From an uncultured Rikenellaceae bacterium (lineage in GTDB: Bacteria; Bacteroidota; Bacteroidia; Bacteroidales; VadinHA17), in the NCBI GenBank assembly GCA_964642615.1, contig CAZXSW010000007.1, positions 2,298 to 66,297 on the forward strand: 64,000 nt of DNA, written 5' to 3'. This document shows positions 1 to 9,268 of the stretch, piece after piece. Below the pieces are notes generated by a model that saw only the letters and a list, made by a program, of their open reading frames with translations, had not been told where the DNA came from and did no database searches. Every line of letters begins with the position of its first letter. Position 1 is the first letter of the stretch. Both the position numbers and the translations under genes were made by a program.

Positions 1-1166
1 GAATATTCAGTAAAAGAACCATCGCGCCGGCCCTGGAAATATTCCTCTTCACGAAGCAGTTCTCCTCCGGGATAATACCAGCTCCATAATCCGTCGGGGC
101 GACCGTTGTTGAACGACCCGGTCTGTTCAAGATGTCCGGAACTGTTGTAAAACTTCCACTGGCCTGTTCTTCTGTTATCGGAGTACTGCCCTTCGGCCTT
201 AACGCTCCCGTCGGGGTAGTAATCTTTCCATCTGCCGTTACTGTTACCGGCTTCATCAACAATACCTTCTGAAAGAACCTGTCCGTTATCATTATACACT
301 AAAGCATTGGTAACCTTTCCATTGCCATCATATTCCCTGTGGGTGCCCACTGGTACATCACTTTTAAAAGGACCGCTGTATACCAGTCTACCGGAATCGT
401 CATACCTGTTATTTATTTCAATATCTGGTTCATCTTCAACCCTTGATTTGACTATGGATCCGTTGTCGTAGAGCATAGTAACAACCAGCTTGCCCTTATT
501 GTCATACTCTTTGTAGTAACCATGGAGCTGGTCATCCTTATAAGTTTTTTCGGAACGCACCGATCCGTCGGGGTAAAAATCTTTCCATGAACCCTGTTTC
601 AGTCCTTTTTGATCAAACCTGTTAATTCTTTCCCTGGATACAAGAAAATCATTATTGTATTCAAAAAGAGTGATGACATTTCCTTCTCTGTCGTATTCTT
701 TTGACAGCCCTTCCTTCTTCCCCTTGTTGTATGTAATAGTCTGTTGTATCTTACCGTCAGGAAAATATATCCAGGCTCTTCCTTCCTTTATATCGCCTGC
801 ATACAGTTCCCTCGACCAAAGATACAGACCTCCGGCTGAAGGGTCTTTTTTGTATTTCTGGTAATAGCCATTCTTTTTCCCGTACAGATAACTGATTTTC
901 TCTGTTGTATCTCCTACCTGATCATAAAAAACCCAGATGCTGTCGAGAAGGAAGTTTTCCCTCTTACCTTCCGATTTCAGAATACCTGTAACATAATAGC
1001 TCTTCCAGAAACCTTCAGGCTGGCCGTTTTTTATTATACCCTCACTTGAAATGGTTCCGTTAGGATATCTGAAAACAGTATAACCATCCTTGAGATCCTG
1101 TTGACTCTGGGCAATCAAGACCGTAAAGAAAAGATTAAGCAACAGAACGCTAAAGAAACGTATCAT
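1..1166 (-). CDS. MORN-variant repeat (YwqK-like) secreted protein; the C-terminal part runs off the left window edge
   Basis: Absent from the ORF track because it is open at the window edge. Reverse translation from the ATG at 1166 gives MIRFFSVLLLNLFFTVLIAQSQ (signal peptide). This is followed by many tandem G-x-W/Y-x-x-Y-Y-x-[DN]-G repeats (NGQPEGFWKSYY, GKKNGYYQKY, KQGSWKDFYPDGS, NGRWKDYYPDGS, TGQWKFYNSSG). The frame stays open to position 1. Confidence 0.75.
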   Translation of the reverse strand, partial: MIRFFSVLLLNLFFTVLIAQSQQDLKDGYTVFRYPNGTISSEGIIKNGQPEGFWKSYYVTGILKSEGKRENFLLDSIWVFYDQVGDTTEKISYLYGKKNGYYQKYKKDPSAGGLYLWSRELYAGDIKEGRAWIYFPDGKIQQTITYNKGKKEGLSKEYDREGNVITLFEYNNDFLVSRERINRFDQKGLKQGSWKDFYPDGSVRSEKTYKDDQLHGYYKEYDNKGKLVVTMLYDNGSIVKSRVEDEPDIEINNRYDDSGRLVYSGPFKSDVPVGTHREYDGNGKVTNALVYNDNGQVLSEGIVDEAGNSNGRWKDYYPDGSVKAEGQYSDNRRTGQWKFYNSSGHLEQTGSFNNGRPDGLWSWYYPGGELLREEEYFQGRRDGSFTEY

Positions 1167-1169
1167 GAT

Positions 1170-2123
1170 TTAAAGTCCTAGTTTTTCGGATATTTCAAGC
1201 ATTCTTACAATAGGTTTTTTTGCTTTCTCAATGATATCCTCATCAAGAAGGATCTCAGGAGACTCGTTTTTAAGACAATTGTAAATCTTTTGCATCGTGA
1301 TAAGCTTCATAAAGTTGCATTCACTGCATCCGCATGTTGAGTCTTTAGGTGGTGCAGGAATGAAAGTTTTTTCAGGATTCTCCTTTTTCATCTGGTGGAG
1401 TATACCTGGTTCAGTTCCTACAATATAAACCGAAGATTTGTCTGTTTTTGTAAATTTAAGCAATCCTGAGGTTGAACCTATATAATCGGCCACAAGTCGT
1501 ACCGGTAATTCACACTCGGGATGAACTATTATTTTTGCTTCGGGATTTTCATTTTTAAGCTTTATAATAGCTTCGAGAGAAAATTCCTCATGCACATGAC
1601 AGGTTCCGTTCCAAACAACAATATCTCTTCCTGTCTTGTTAATAATGTGATTTCCAAGATTTCTGTCGGGTGCAAACAGTATCTTTTCATTTTCCGGAAG
1701 CGACATCACTATCTGGACTGCATTTGAAGATGTGCAACTAATATCTGAAAGAGCCTTGATCTCAGCGGTTGTATTTACGTATGTAATTACAGTACGGCCG
1801 GGATTTTCATCAATGAACCTTATAAAATCTTCAGCTTTACATGAATCGGCCAGTGAACAACCTGCGTTCATATCTGGTAACAGAACCTTTTTTCCAGGTG
1901 CAAGGATCTTTGCAGTTTCGGCCATAAACTTCACACCGGCAAAAAGAATTATATCGGCATCGTTGGCTGCAGCTTTTTGTGAAAGTGCAAGACTGTCGCC
2001 AACAAAATCAGCAATATCCTGAATATCCCCTGTCTGATAATAGTGTGCCAGGATAACTGCATTCTTCTCCTTCTTCATCCTTCTGATCTCATCAGTATAA
2101 TCCATTACCGCAACTTTTTCCAT
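1170..2123 (-). CDS. nadA: quinolinate synthase NadA
   Basis: 317 aa with AILAHYYQ, FAGVKFMAETAKIL, HPECE and a CGCSEC context typical of NadA. The stop lies 3 nt before the ATG of the downstream MORN gene. Confidence 0.93.
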   Translation of the reverse strand: MEKVAVMDYTDEIRRMKKEKNAVILAHYYQTGDIQDIADFVGDSLALSQKAAANDADIILFAGVKFMAETAKILAPGKKVLLPDMNAGCSLADSCKAEDFIRFIDENPGRTVITYVNTTAEIKALSDISCTSSNAVQIVMSLPENEKILFAPDRNLGNHIINKTGRDIVVWNGTCHVHEEFSLEAIIKLKNENPEAKIIVHPECELPVRLVADYIGSTSGLLKFTKTDKSSVYIVGTEPGILHQMKKENPEKTFIPAPPKDSTCGCSECNFMKLITMQKIYNCLKNESPEILLDEDIIEKAKKPIVRMLEISEKLGL

Positions 2124-2722
2124 GGCATTCTTATAAAATATTCAATAACTCATTCTCTGTAAAATTATCCACTATTTTATTAATTTTTCATTTACACAAA
2201 AAGGTAAACAAATAAAGGTATTATTTATTTCAATTTTCATCTGCAAAAGCAGACCTTTTCAACTTATAAACAGTTGTTAACTTCATATAATTCTTATAAG
2301 AATGAAATTTAAATTTCTAATGATGATTATATTATCCTGTTAATTGTGTTGAAAGAAAGATTGTATTTTTCTGGTAAATTCCATAATCAATGTTGTGATA
2401 ACATGTTTTCAACTGTTCAAAAAATATACCATTTTTGAATATCAGATGATTATAAAAGTAATTAACAATTGTTAAGGGAAGCGTTCTGATACACAGCCCC
2501 TGAATTATTTTTTATTCTCACAGTTTATTTCCGGTTGACAAGAATGGATTTTTATGATAATAAAATTTTACTGCTTTGTTAAAAATGAAAATAAAGCTGT
2601 CTGATGATGAAAAGAAATGAGTTTTAACCAATCTTTTACCTGTCTTTGTACATTTTATTAACATTAACATTTATGTAGGGAAACCGGTTCATTAAAACAT
2701 GTATTAATGATTAAAAACCTGA

Positions 2723-2743
2723 TTGAGTAATTATATTACTCAA
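2723..2743. promoter_or_regulatory. perfect 9-3-9 palindrome TTGAGTAAT-TAT-ATTACTCAA about 90 nt upstream of the rpiB-rrf2 operon (candidate operator)
   Basis: Read directly from the sequence. It lies in a 710-bp AT-rich non-coding region. The operon it precedes encodes an Rrf2-family regulator, a family that binds AT-rich inverted repeats. Confidence 0.3.
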
Positions 2744-2833
2744 TTCATTCCTTTTAATAGTTTTATCTTAATAAGTAATTGTATTAATTTGCATAATTAT
2801 AAATAATTCAGAAAAAAAGTAATAGGTTTTAAT

Positions 2834-3280
2834 GTGAAAAAGAAAAAGATAGCTCTTGCTTCAGATCACGCGGGATATTATATGAAGAACAAAGTCCTTG
2901 ATTATTTGTTAAAAGAGCAATACGAAGTGAAGGATTTCGGGTGTTTTACAGAAGATTCGGTTGATTATCCGGATTATGCTCATCCCATGTCGGATGCGGT
3001 ATCTTCAGGTGAATTTGACCTTGGAATTTCGATATGCGGATCCGGTAACGGTATAAATATGACATCGAACAAGCATCAGGGGATAAGAAGTGCCTTATGC
3101 TGGAATGAAGAGATAAGCAGACTGGCAAGGGCTCATAATGATGCTAATGTATGTGCTCTGCCGGGACGTTTTATAAATGAGTCGGAGGCATATCTTATAG
3201 TAAGGACCTTTCTGACCACACCATTTGACGGAGGACGGCATAAGCCAAGAATAGACAAGATACCTTACAATTCATATTGA
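2834..3280 (+). CDS. rpiB: ribose-5-phosphate isomerase B
   Basis: 148 aa with IALASDHAG, ICGSGNGI and ARAHNDANV motifs of the RpiB/LacAB family. The start in the track is GTG. Confidence 0.9.
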   Translation: MKKKKIALASDHAGYYMKNKVLDYLLKEQYEVKDFGCFTEDSVDYPDYAHPMSDAVSSGEFDLGISICGSGNGINMTSNKHQGIRSALCWNEEISRLARAHNDANVCALPGRFINESEAYLIVRTFLTTPFDGGRHKPRIDKIPYNSY

Positions 3281-3281
3281 T

Positions 3282-3722
3282 ATGCTTTCAAACTCGTGCA
3301 GGTATGGGATCAGGGCTGTTATTTACATAGCCAGTCAGACTTTTGAGAAAGGAAAGACCGGAATAAAGCAGATATCCAAGGATCTTGATCTCCCTGCGCC
3401 TTTTCTTGCAAAAATTCTTCAGCAGCTGGCCCGTCACAAGATACTGACCTCACTGAAAGGCCCTCACGGAGGATTTTCACTTTTAAAAGATCCCAAAGAA
3501 ATAACTCTTTTTGATATTGTTATGACAATAGACGGAGAGGAACTTTTTACAAACTGCGTGATGCATAATGGCAGCTGCAGTAGTGTAAGACATGAGAAAA
3601 AACCCTGTCCCCTGCATAACGAATATTCACGGGTAAGGAATGATATGATGAAGCTGTTCAAGAGCCGGACAATAGCAGATATTGTCAAATCAACAAATAA
3701 ATCGGGCAGGATTACGATTTAA
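3282..3722 (+). CDS. Rrf2 family transcriptional regulator
   Basis: 146 aa. The N-terminal wHTH (CRYGIRAVIYIA...ISKDLDLPAPFLAKILQQLARHKIL..KGPHGGFSL) is typical of Rrf2/BadM, with a Cys-containing C-terminal half. It starts 1 nt after the rpiB stop. Confidence 0.85.
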   Translation: MLSNSCRYGIRAVIYIASQTFEKGKTGIKQISKDLDLPAPFLAKILQQLARHKILTSLKGPHGGFSLLKDPKEITLFDIVMTIDGEELFTNCVMHNGSCSSVRHEKKPCPLHNEYSRVRNDMMKLFKSRTIADIVKSTNKSGRITI

Positions 3723-4092
3723 CTTCCTGCCTGTGATAGGGTTTTATAAGAAGCCATAAAAAAACTGCAGCTGCTATACCACACGAATTGAAAATGACAT
3801 CAAGTATATCTCCCTTGCGGGTGAGGGTTAGTCCCGACTGAAGGAATTCAATCACAATGCCGAAAACGAATGGGATAAAAGCTGCCAGTATCATCTGGCG
3901 TGTATTTCTGAATACAGATCTGTGTTCAACAAGTATTGCAGCCATGAAAAGGAAGTAAAGTCCGAAATGTGCATACTTGTCGGCATAGGGTATATCCAAT
4001 AGACCTTTGGTATCGAAAGAAGGGGCTGAGGCCAGGCTCAGATACAGGATTACGAGTGCAAGCAGAATTGAAATAATGTTATTCCGGATCAT
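3712..4092 (-). CDS. VanZ-like membrane protein
   Basis: 126 aa with 4 predicted TM segments and DKYAHFGLYF...EFLQ...R.GDILDVIFN typical of the VanZ family. Its 3' end overlaps the convergent rrf2 gene by 11 nt. Confidence 0.7.
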   Translation of the reverse strand: MIRNNIISILLALVILYLSLASAPSFDTKGLLDIPYADKYAHFGLYFLFMAAILVEHRSVFRNTRQMILAAFIPFVFGIVIEFLQSGLTLTRKGDILDVIFNSCGIAAAVFLWLLIKPYHRQEVKS

Positions 4093-4106
4093 TTTAAAAG
4101 TTTGTG

Positions 4107-4114
4107 CAAAGGTA
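4107..4114 (-). promoter_or_regulatory. putative Bacteroidota -7 promoter box TACCTTTG (TAnnTTTG) for the VanZ-like gene
   Basis: The plus strand reads CAAAGGTA, 15-22 nt upstream of the ATG at 4092. Confidence 0.35.
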
Positions 4115-4163
4115 GTTAATCGGATAATAATTTATTTATTAATTTGATGAACTCAATTTAAAT

Positions 4164-5291
4164 ATGGCAGGAATATATATTCATATCCCGTTTTGCAGAA
4201 AGCTGTGTGCCTATTGTGACTTTTATCACCTTACTGCCTCATCAGGTTATGATACCTTGCTTGAAGCCCTTGCCAGGGAAGCAGGTGAGAGGCATAATTA
4301 TCTGGCCGGAGAGAATATATCGACACTTTATATCGGCGGAGGGACACCCTCTGTGCTTTCTGTTGAAGAACTTACACGGCTTATAAGGGATATATCGGCA
4401 TTTTTTGAGTTTGCTGATGATCCCGAGATAACTGTTGAGCTTAATCCGGATGATATAACTGAAGAATATGCTCTTGGATTGAAGGGATCAGGAATCAACA
4501 GGGTAAGCCTTGGTATCCAGTCGTGGAGTGATGCGGATTTGGTGATGCTTAACAGAAGGCACGACAGTAACCAGTCACGAAGAGCTTTGGAAAACATACT
4601 TAAAGCAGGTTTTGAGAATGTATCTGTTGACCTCATTTACGGCCTGCCAGGTATGACGGATAGCGATTGGGCCAGGAACCTTGACATAACATTTTCATAT
4701 GACATAAAGCATTTATCGGCCTATCATCTTACAATTGAAAAGGGAACCGTCTTTAACAGAATGAAGGAGAGGGGTGTTCTCAAAGAAATTGATGAAGAGG
4801 AGAGTTCGCTTCATTTTCAGACACTTATCGAGAAATCGGCTAAAGCAGGATATATTCAGTACGAGATATCTAATTTTGGCAAACCCGGTTTTTTTTCGGT
4901 TCACAATACAAACTACTGGCGACAGGTTAACTATCTCGGACTTGGTCCTTCTGCCCATTCCTTCAACGGATATTCAAGACAATGGAACCTTCGCGACCTT
5001 AACGGATACATCAGGGCCCTTAATGCGGGAAAGGAATATTTTGAAAGGGAGGAACTGGATACCCGAACACGATTCAATGAATACATACTTACATCATTAA
5101 GGACTATGTGGGGGATCGACCTTGAGTATGTTGAGGCTGCTTTTGAAAAGGAGGGATATGATTATGTGATAAACCTGTCGGGTAAATTCAGGGATTACGG
5201 ATTGATGAAACAGGACAAAAAAAACCTGGTCCTTACGGACCAGGGTAAACTAATATCTGATAATATTATATCTGAATTTATGCTTGTATAA
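4164..5291 (+). CDS. hemW: radical SAM heme chaperone HemW (HemN-like, oxygen-independent coproporphyrinogen III oxidase family)
   Basis: 375 aa with IYIHIPFCRKLCAYCDF (CX3CX2C right at the N-terminus), GGGTPS and a HemN_C-like tail. Confidence 0.85.
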   Translation: MAGIYIHIPFCRKLCAYCDFYHLTASSGYDTLLEALAREAGERHNYLAGENISTLYIGGGTPSVLSVEELTRLIRDISAFFEFADDPEITVELNPDDITEEYALGLKGSGINRVSLGIQSWSDADLVMLNRRHDSNQSRRALENILKAGFENVSVDLIYGLPGMTDSDWARNLDITFSYDIKHLSAYHLTIEKGTVFNRMKERGVLKEIDEEESSLHFQTLIEKSAKAGYIQYEISNFGKPGFFSVHNTNYWRQVNYLGLGPSAHSFNGYSRQWNLRDLNGYIRALNAGKEYFEREELDTRTRFNEYILTSLRTMWGIDLEYVEAAFEKEGYDYVINLSGKFRDYGLMKQDKKNLVLTDQGKLISDNIISEFMLV

Positions 5292-5301
5292 CTCTTATAG
5301 G

Positions 5302-6207
5302 CTATCTCTTACTAAGCATGAAGTTCGTACGGCCAATAATAGTGTTCTCGAGGTAAAGTTCTACGCTGTAGTTACCAACAATGAAATCGCCTGTATTATC
5401 GACGAAGATGCACATCTCGATATCCTGGTTCATATAGTCAACAAGCCTGCTTGCCGAATAGATAAGTTTGTTTCCATTGTAATCGAACAGGTTGTCGGGA
5501 CTAGTTGTGATAACCAGTGAATCGGGTCTTATAATACGCATGAAGACCTCCTTCTCTCCGGCTCTGGCGATCGGGTTTTCCCTCAGGGTAAAGCATATTC
5601 TCAGTTTTTCAAGCAAATTAAGCCTGGTAGTCTCCTTGCTTTTCCTGTTAAGGGATACAGCTACTATGTCTTTTGCCTGGATCACTGATGCCACTTCAAC
5701 CTTGGCATTAAGCTCTTCCCTGACCTTTGACAGTTCGACATTGCTGCTCTGAACCTCAGTGATCTGCTGCTTTATGTCGAGGTTTTCAGCAACGAGTTCC
5801 TTGTTCCTCGTGTTAAGCGAATCGATCTGGACAATATAACTTTTCATTATATCCCTCATTGTGCTGATCTCAGCCCTGTATTTCTTAATGAGCTGAACAT
5901 TTGAGGCATTAATGGAAAGCAACTGGACTATCCTGTTCTTTTCCCTTTCGAGGTTGGCCTGGAGGGTGTCATTGTCAGTTTTAAGCGTATCATACCCATG
6001 GACCATCAGTCTGAGCTCGTTGGCCAGACTGTCTTTCTCACTGGTCAGTACGGTTTCCATCTCAACCATTTTGTTCTTCTGATCGAAATACATCACTACA
6101 AGGAAAATAAGACATGCTGCCAGAAGAATAGTGGTCGCTATCATGGCTATTGGAGCATTTTTTTTCCTGGGCTGCTCAACCGGCGAGGTTTTAGTTGTGT
6201 CTGTCAT
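5302..6207 (-). CDS. hypothetical membrane-anchored coiled-coil protein
   Basis: 301 aa. One N-terminal TM segment (IAMIATTILLAACLIFLVVMYF) is followed by about 150 aa of heptad-like Leu/Glu/Lys/Asn-rich sequence and a roughly 120-aa globular C-terminus. I recognise no family motif. Confidence 0.6.
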   Translation of the reverse strand: MTDTTKTSPVEQPRKKNAPIAMIATTILLAACLIFLVVMYFDQKNKMVEMETVLTSEKDSLANELRLMVHGYDTLKTDNDTLQANLEREKNRIVQLLSINASNVQLIKKYRAEISTMRDIMKSYIVQIDSLNTRNKELVAENLDIKQQITEVQSSNVELSKVREELNAKVEVASVIQAKDIVAVSLNRKSKETTRLNLLEKLRICFTLRENPIARAGEKEVFMRIIRPDSLVITTSPDNLFDYNGNKLIYSASRLVDYMNQDIEMCIFVDNTGDFIVGNYSVELYLENTIIGRTNFMLSKR

Positions 6208-6239
6208 TTATTCTCTTGTGTTTAAAATATTTAATGCTA

Positions 6240-6247
6240 CAAAATTA
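6240..6247 (-). promoter_or_regulatory. putative -7 promoter box TAATTTTG for the coiled-coil gene
   Basis: The plus strand reads CAAAATTA, 33-40 nt upstream of the ATG at 6207. Confidence 0.35.
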
Positions 6248-6335
6248 ATAATATCCTTATAATTTTATAATATCCGATTCAATGATTAAATTTACATCCG
6301 AAATACTGTAAACTAACTAATTAATATTCAAATAT

Positions 6336-7742
6336 ATGAGTGGTTTTTTCGGTGTCATTTCAAAGACCGATTGTGTTCACGATGTGTTTTATGGTACTGA
6401 TTATCATTCGCATTTAGGGACAAAACGTGCAGGTATTGTTTTTATTGTACCAGGCAAAGGATTCAGACGGTCGATCCACAACCTTGAAAATGCTTATTTC
6501 CGCAGCAAATTTGAAGATGACCTGAAAGAATTTAGCGGTAACTCGGGCATGGGTATCATAAGCGACACGGATCCGCAGCCCATCCTGTTCAACTCCCATC
6601 TTGGCAGGTTTGCCATTGTTACTGTAAGCAGGCTGGTTAATATTGAAGAACTCGAGAAAAAATTTCTTGGCAGCCGCAAGCATTTTACTGAAAATTTTGA
6701 GGGTAATATTAATCCCACCGAAGTCATAGCCAATCTTATATGTGAAAGGGACAGTTTTATTTCAGGTATAGAGAATGTATTTGACAATGTAAAGGGTTCG
6801 TGTTCGCTTATGATACTTACCGAAGATGGTATTATTGCTGCAAGGGACAAGAATGGACGCACACCGGTCATCATTGGCAGGAAGGAAAATGCTTTTGCAG
6901 TTGCAAGTGAATCGAGTTCATTTCCCAATACAGGTTACGAAACCGAATATTATCTTGGTCCCGGTGAGATAGTCCATCTGACTTCCGACGGTTACAAACG
7001 GATAAGGGAACCTGAAGAAAAGATGCAGATCTGCGCTTTTCTGTGGGTTTATTATGGTTATCCTCCTTCTTATTATGAAGGTATAAATGTTGATGATTGC
7101 AGGAACCGCTGCGGGGAAGCCCTGGCACGAAGGGACTCTGTGCAGGCTGACTTCGTTTGCGGGATACCCGATTCGGGAGTAGGGCATGCCATTGGTTACA
7201 GCAATGAAAGATGTATTCCATATAAAAGGGCTTATTCTAAATATACGCCCACCTGGCCAAGGAGTTTTATGCCTCAGAATCAGAGTCAGAGAGATCTGGT
7301 GGCAAAGATGAAGCTGATTCCAAACAAGGCTGTTATCGGAAATAAAAGGATGGTTTTCCTTGATGACAGTATTGTCAGGGGAACGCAGCTTAAGGACAGC
7401 ACTGCCGATCTCAGGAATTCAGGCGCCACTGAGGTTCATATGAGAATAGCCTGTCCGCCCCTTCTTTATCCCTGTCAGTTTCTTAATTTCTCCCAGTCGA
7501 GGTCTCCTATGGAACTGGCCGGACGGAAAGCCATTTTCCAGATTGAGGGAAAAGAACCTGAAGATGTCAGGGAATATGCTGACCCTGACTCGGAAAAGCA
7601 TGCACTGATGGTTGAAACGATAAGGAAAACCCTTGATCTTGACTCGCTTATTTATCAACGTATGGATGATATGGTTCAGGCTATCGGCCTTCCTAAGGAA
7701 AAGCTTTGTACACACTGCTGGGATGGATCCGGCTATTTCTAG
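6336..7742 (+). CDS. amidophosphoribosyltransferase-like protein (PurF family, class II amidotransferase plus PRTase domain) with Ser in place of the N-terminal Cys
   Basis: 468 aa. It has a GATase-2-like N-terminal half and the PRTase PRPP loop MVFLDDSIVRGTQ. The C-terminal Cys residues (CPPLLYPC, CTHC) resemble the PurF Fe-S ligands. The N-terminus is MSGFFG, not MCG. Confidence 0.8.
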   Translation: MSGFFGVISKTDCVHDVFYGTDYHSHLGTKRAGIVFIVPGKGFRRSIHNLENAYFRSKFEDDLKEFSGNSGMGIISDTDPQPILFNSHLGRFAIVTVSRLVNIEELEKKFLGSRKHFTENFEGNINPTEVIANLICERDSFISGIENVFDNVKGSCSLMILTEDGIIAARDKNGRTPVIIGRKENAFAVASESSSFPNTGYETEYYLGPGEIVHLTSDGYKRIREPEEKMQICAFLWVYYGYPPSYYEGINVDDCRNRCGEALARRDSVQADFVCGIPDSGVGHAIGYSNERCIPYKRAYSKYTPTWPRSFMPQNQSQRDLVAKMKLIPNKAVIGNKRMVFLDDSIVRGTQLKDSTADLRNSGATEVHMRIACPPLLYPCQFLNFSQSRSPMELAGRKAIFQIEGKEPEDVREYADPDSEKHALMVETIRKTLDLDSLIYQRMDDMVQAIGLPKEKLCTHCWDGSGYF

Positions 7743-7774
7743 CATTTAAGGATCAAATACCCGGCGGTCTGACC

Positions 7775-8539
7775 TTAAAACTTTTTGTTTTTTAGCTTGT
7801 CAATGGTGGCCTTATAACCTATTTCGAACAGTTCAGCTGCTTTATCAGGATCAAGTATCTTGTAATCCTTAAGTTCAGGCGGTGCGATGAACAGATGGAA
7901 TTTCTTCATTTTTTCAACTATTTCCTTCGACATACTGAGGAAGAAAGAACGTTCGGCAATCTTGGTTATTCCGCTTATGGTCTCCTCTTCGCCAATGGGA
8001 TTTACATATGAACCAATAATCCTTTCACACTTTTTTTCAATAGGCTTAACCGGCATGTTATCGAGAACACCCCCATCTACATAGTTTATATTCTTGATTA
8101 TAACAGGGTTAAACAGAACCGGAATGCTGGCTGAAGCTATGACGGCGGTAATAAGTTCACCTTTCGAGAAATATACAGCTTTCCCATGGTTAAGGTCGGT
8201 GGCTGTAACAAACAGAGGGATCTTAAGTTCTTCAAAGGTTTTTGCCCTGAGGTTTGCCGACAGAATCTTTTCCATGCCTGATATCTGAAGAAGCCCGTTT
8301 CTGGGAAGAGTCGGACGCATATAGTCAAGCATGCTTCCTGAGTGCATCATCTCAAGTATCTCTTTCGGTTCATACCCGTCGGCATAAAGAACTCCGGCAA
8401 TGGCTCCGGCGCTGGTCCCCGAGATGATATCAGGAAAAATACCCGATTCATTAAGTGCCTGTATAACCCCAAGATGGGCAAAACCTCTTGCTCCGCCGCC
8501 ACTTAGAACCAAACCTGTTTTGTAATGTGTTATGGACAT
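7775..8539 (-). CDS. patatin-like phospholipase
   Basis: 254 aa with GLVLSGGGARGFAHLGV (oxyanion hole), GTSAG (nucleophile elbow) and a DGG catalytic Asp motif. Confidence 0.85.
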   Translation of the reverse strand: MSITHYKTGLVLSGGGARGFAHLGVIQALNESGIFPDIISGTSAGAIAGVLYADGYEPKEILEMMHSGSMLDYMRPTLPRNGLLQISGMEKILSANLRAKTFEELKIPLFVTATDLNHGKAVYFSKGELITAVIASASIPVLFNPVIIKNINYVDGGVLDNMPVKPIEKKCERIIGSYVNPIGEEETISGITKIAERSFFLSMSKEIVEKMKKFHLFIAPPELKDYKILDPDKAAELFEIGYKATIDKLKNKKF

Positions 8540-8855
8540 ATTAATTTTTTTAATCCGGTACTTTATAGTAAGGCTGAACCTCTACCAGTCAAATCAGTCC
8601 CCGATACCCCAAATAATCTCCCGCACAGCTATACCTGACAAGTGATCCGGGCTTCATGTTTCCACCAGGGTATATAAAACAGATATAAACAGGCGGCAGA
8701 TTTTTACGGGCCTGATTGTTAACGATTCAAAAATACCAGTTATTAAGATTATATGTATAAAAGCTGTATAATTATTTATTCTGAGGGTAGATGGCAGGAT
8801 TCATCCTGATTTCGGCTTTTTTGGACGACAATGGTTCTGGTAATCTATAATTGGT

Positions 8856-8863
8856 TAATTTTG
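8856..8863 (+). promoter_or_regulatory. putative -7 promoter box TAATTTTG for the YciI-like gene
   Basis: Perfect TAnnTTTG 34 nt upstream of the internal ATG at 8897. It would lie inside the longer ORF-track version (8831), which argues for the shorter start. Confidence 0.4.
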
Positions 8864-8896
8864 ATGATAGATATTAATAGTTTAAAACTTCGTAAC

Positions 8897-9187
8897 ATGC
8901 AGTTTTTGTTGATGGGATATGACGGAACCGATAGTGAAGCTCCTCAGAGACGACTCGGTTCAAGAACACAGCATCTGGAAAGGATCACGGTAATGAAGAA
9001 GAAAGGAGAATTTCTTTTTGGAGGTGCCATTCTTGATGAGAATGGTCAGATGAAAGGCTCTATGGTGGTTTTTGAATTTCCCGACAGGGAATCACTTGAC
9101 CGCTGTCTGGAAGATGAGCCATATATTAATAACGGAGTATGGCAGAAGGTGGAGATCACTCCATTCAGGATGGCAGTTGTGGATTGA
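8897..9187 (+). CDS. YciI family protein
   Basis: 96 aa from MQFLLMGYDG. Family-typical features are R...HL..I....GEFLFGGA and DEPY..NGVW..VEI.PF. The track ORF starts at 8831, but that N-terminal extension looks non-native. Confidence 0.7.
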   Translation: MQFLLMGYDGTDSEAPQRRLGSRTQHLERITVMKKKGEFLFGGAILDENGQMKGSMVVFEFPDRESLDRCLEDEPYINNGVWQKVEITPFRMAVVD

Positions 9188-9268
9188 TTGTGCAATTTTT
9201 TGAAAGCTCCCGAGTTTAGCCTGTATGAATAGAATATTATGACATTTAAAAACATAAAATACCCGAAC

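Noticed and set aside
655-864. 69-aa plus-strand ORF inside the first kilobase
   Set aside because: It lies antisense to a continuous MORN-repeat reading frame that spans 1-1166 on the minus strand, and its sequence is low-complexity. It is a shadow ORF.
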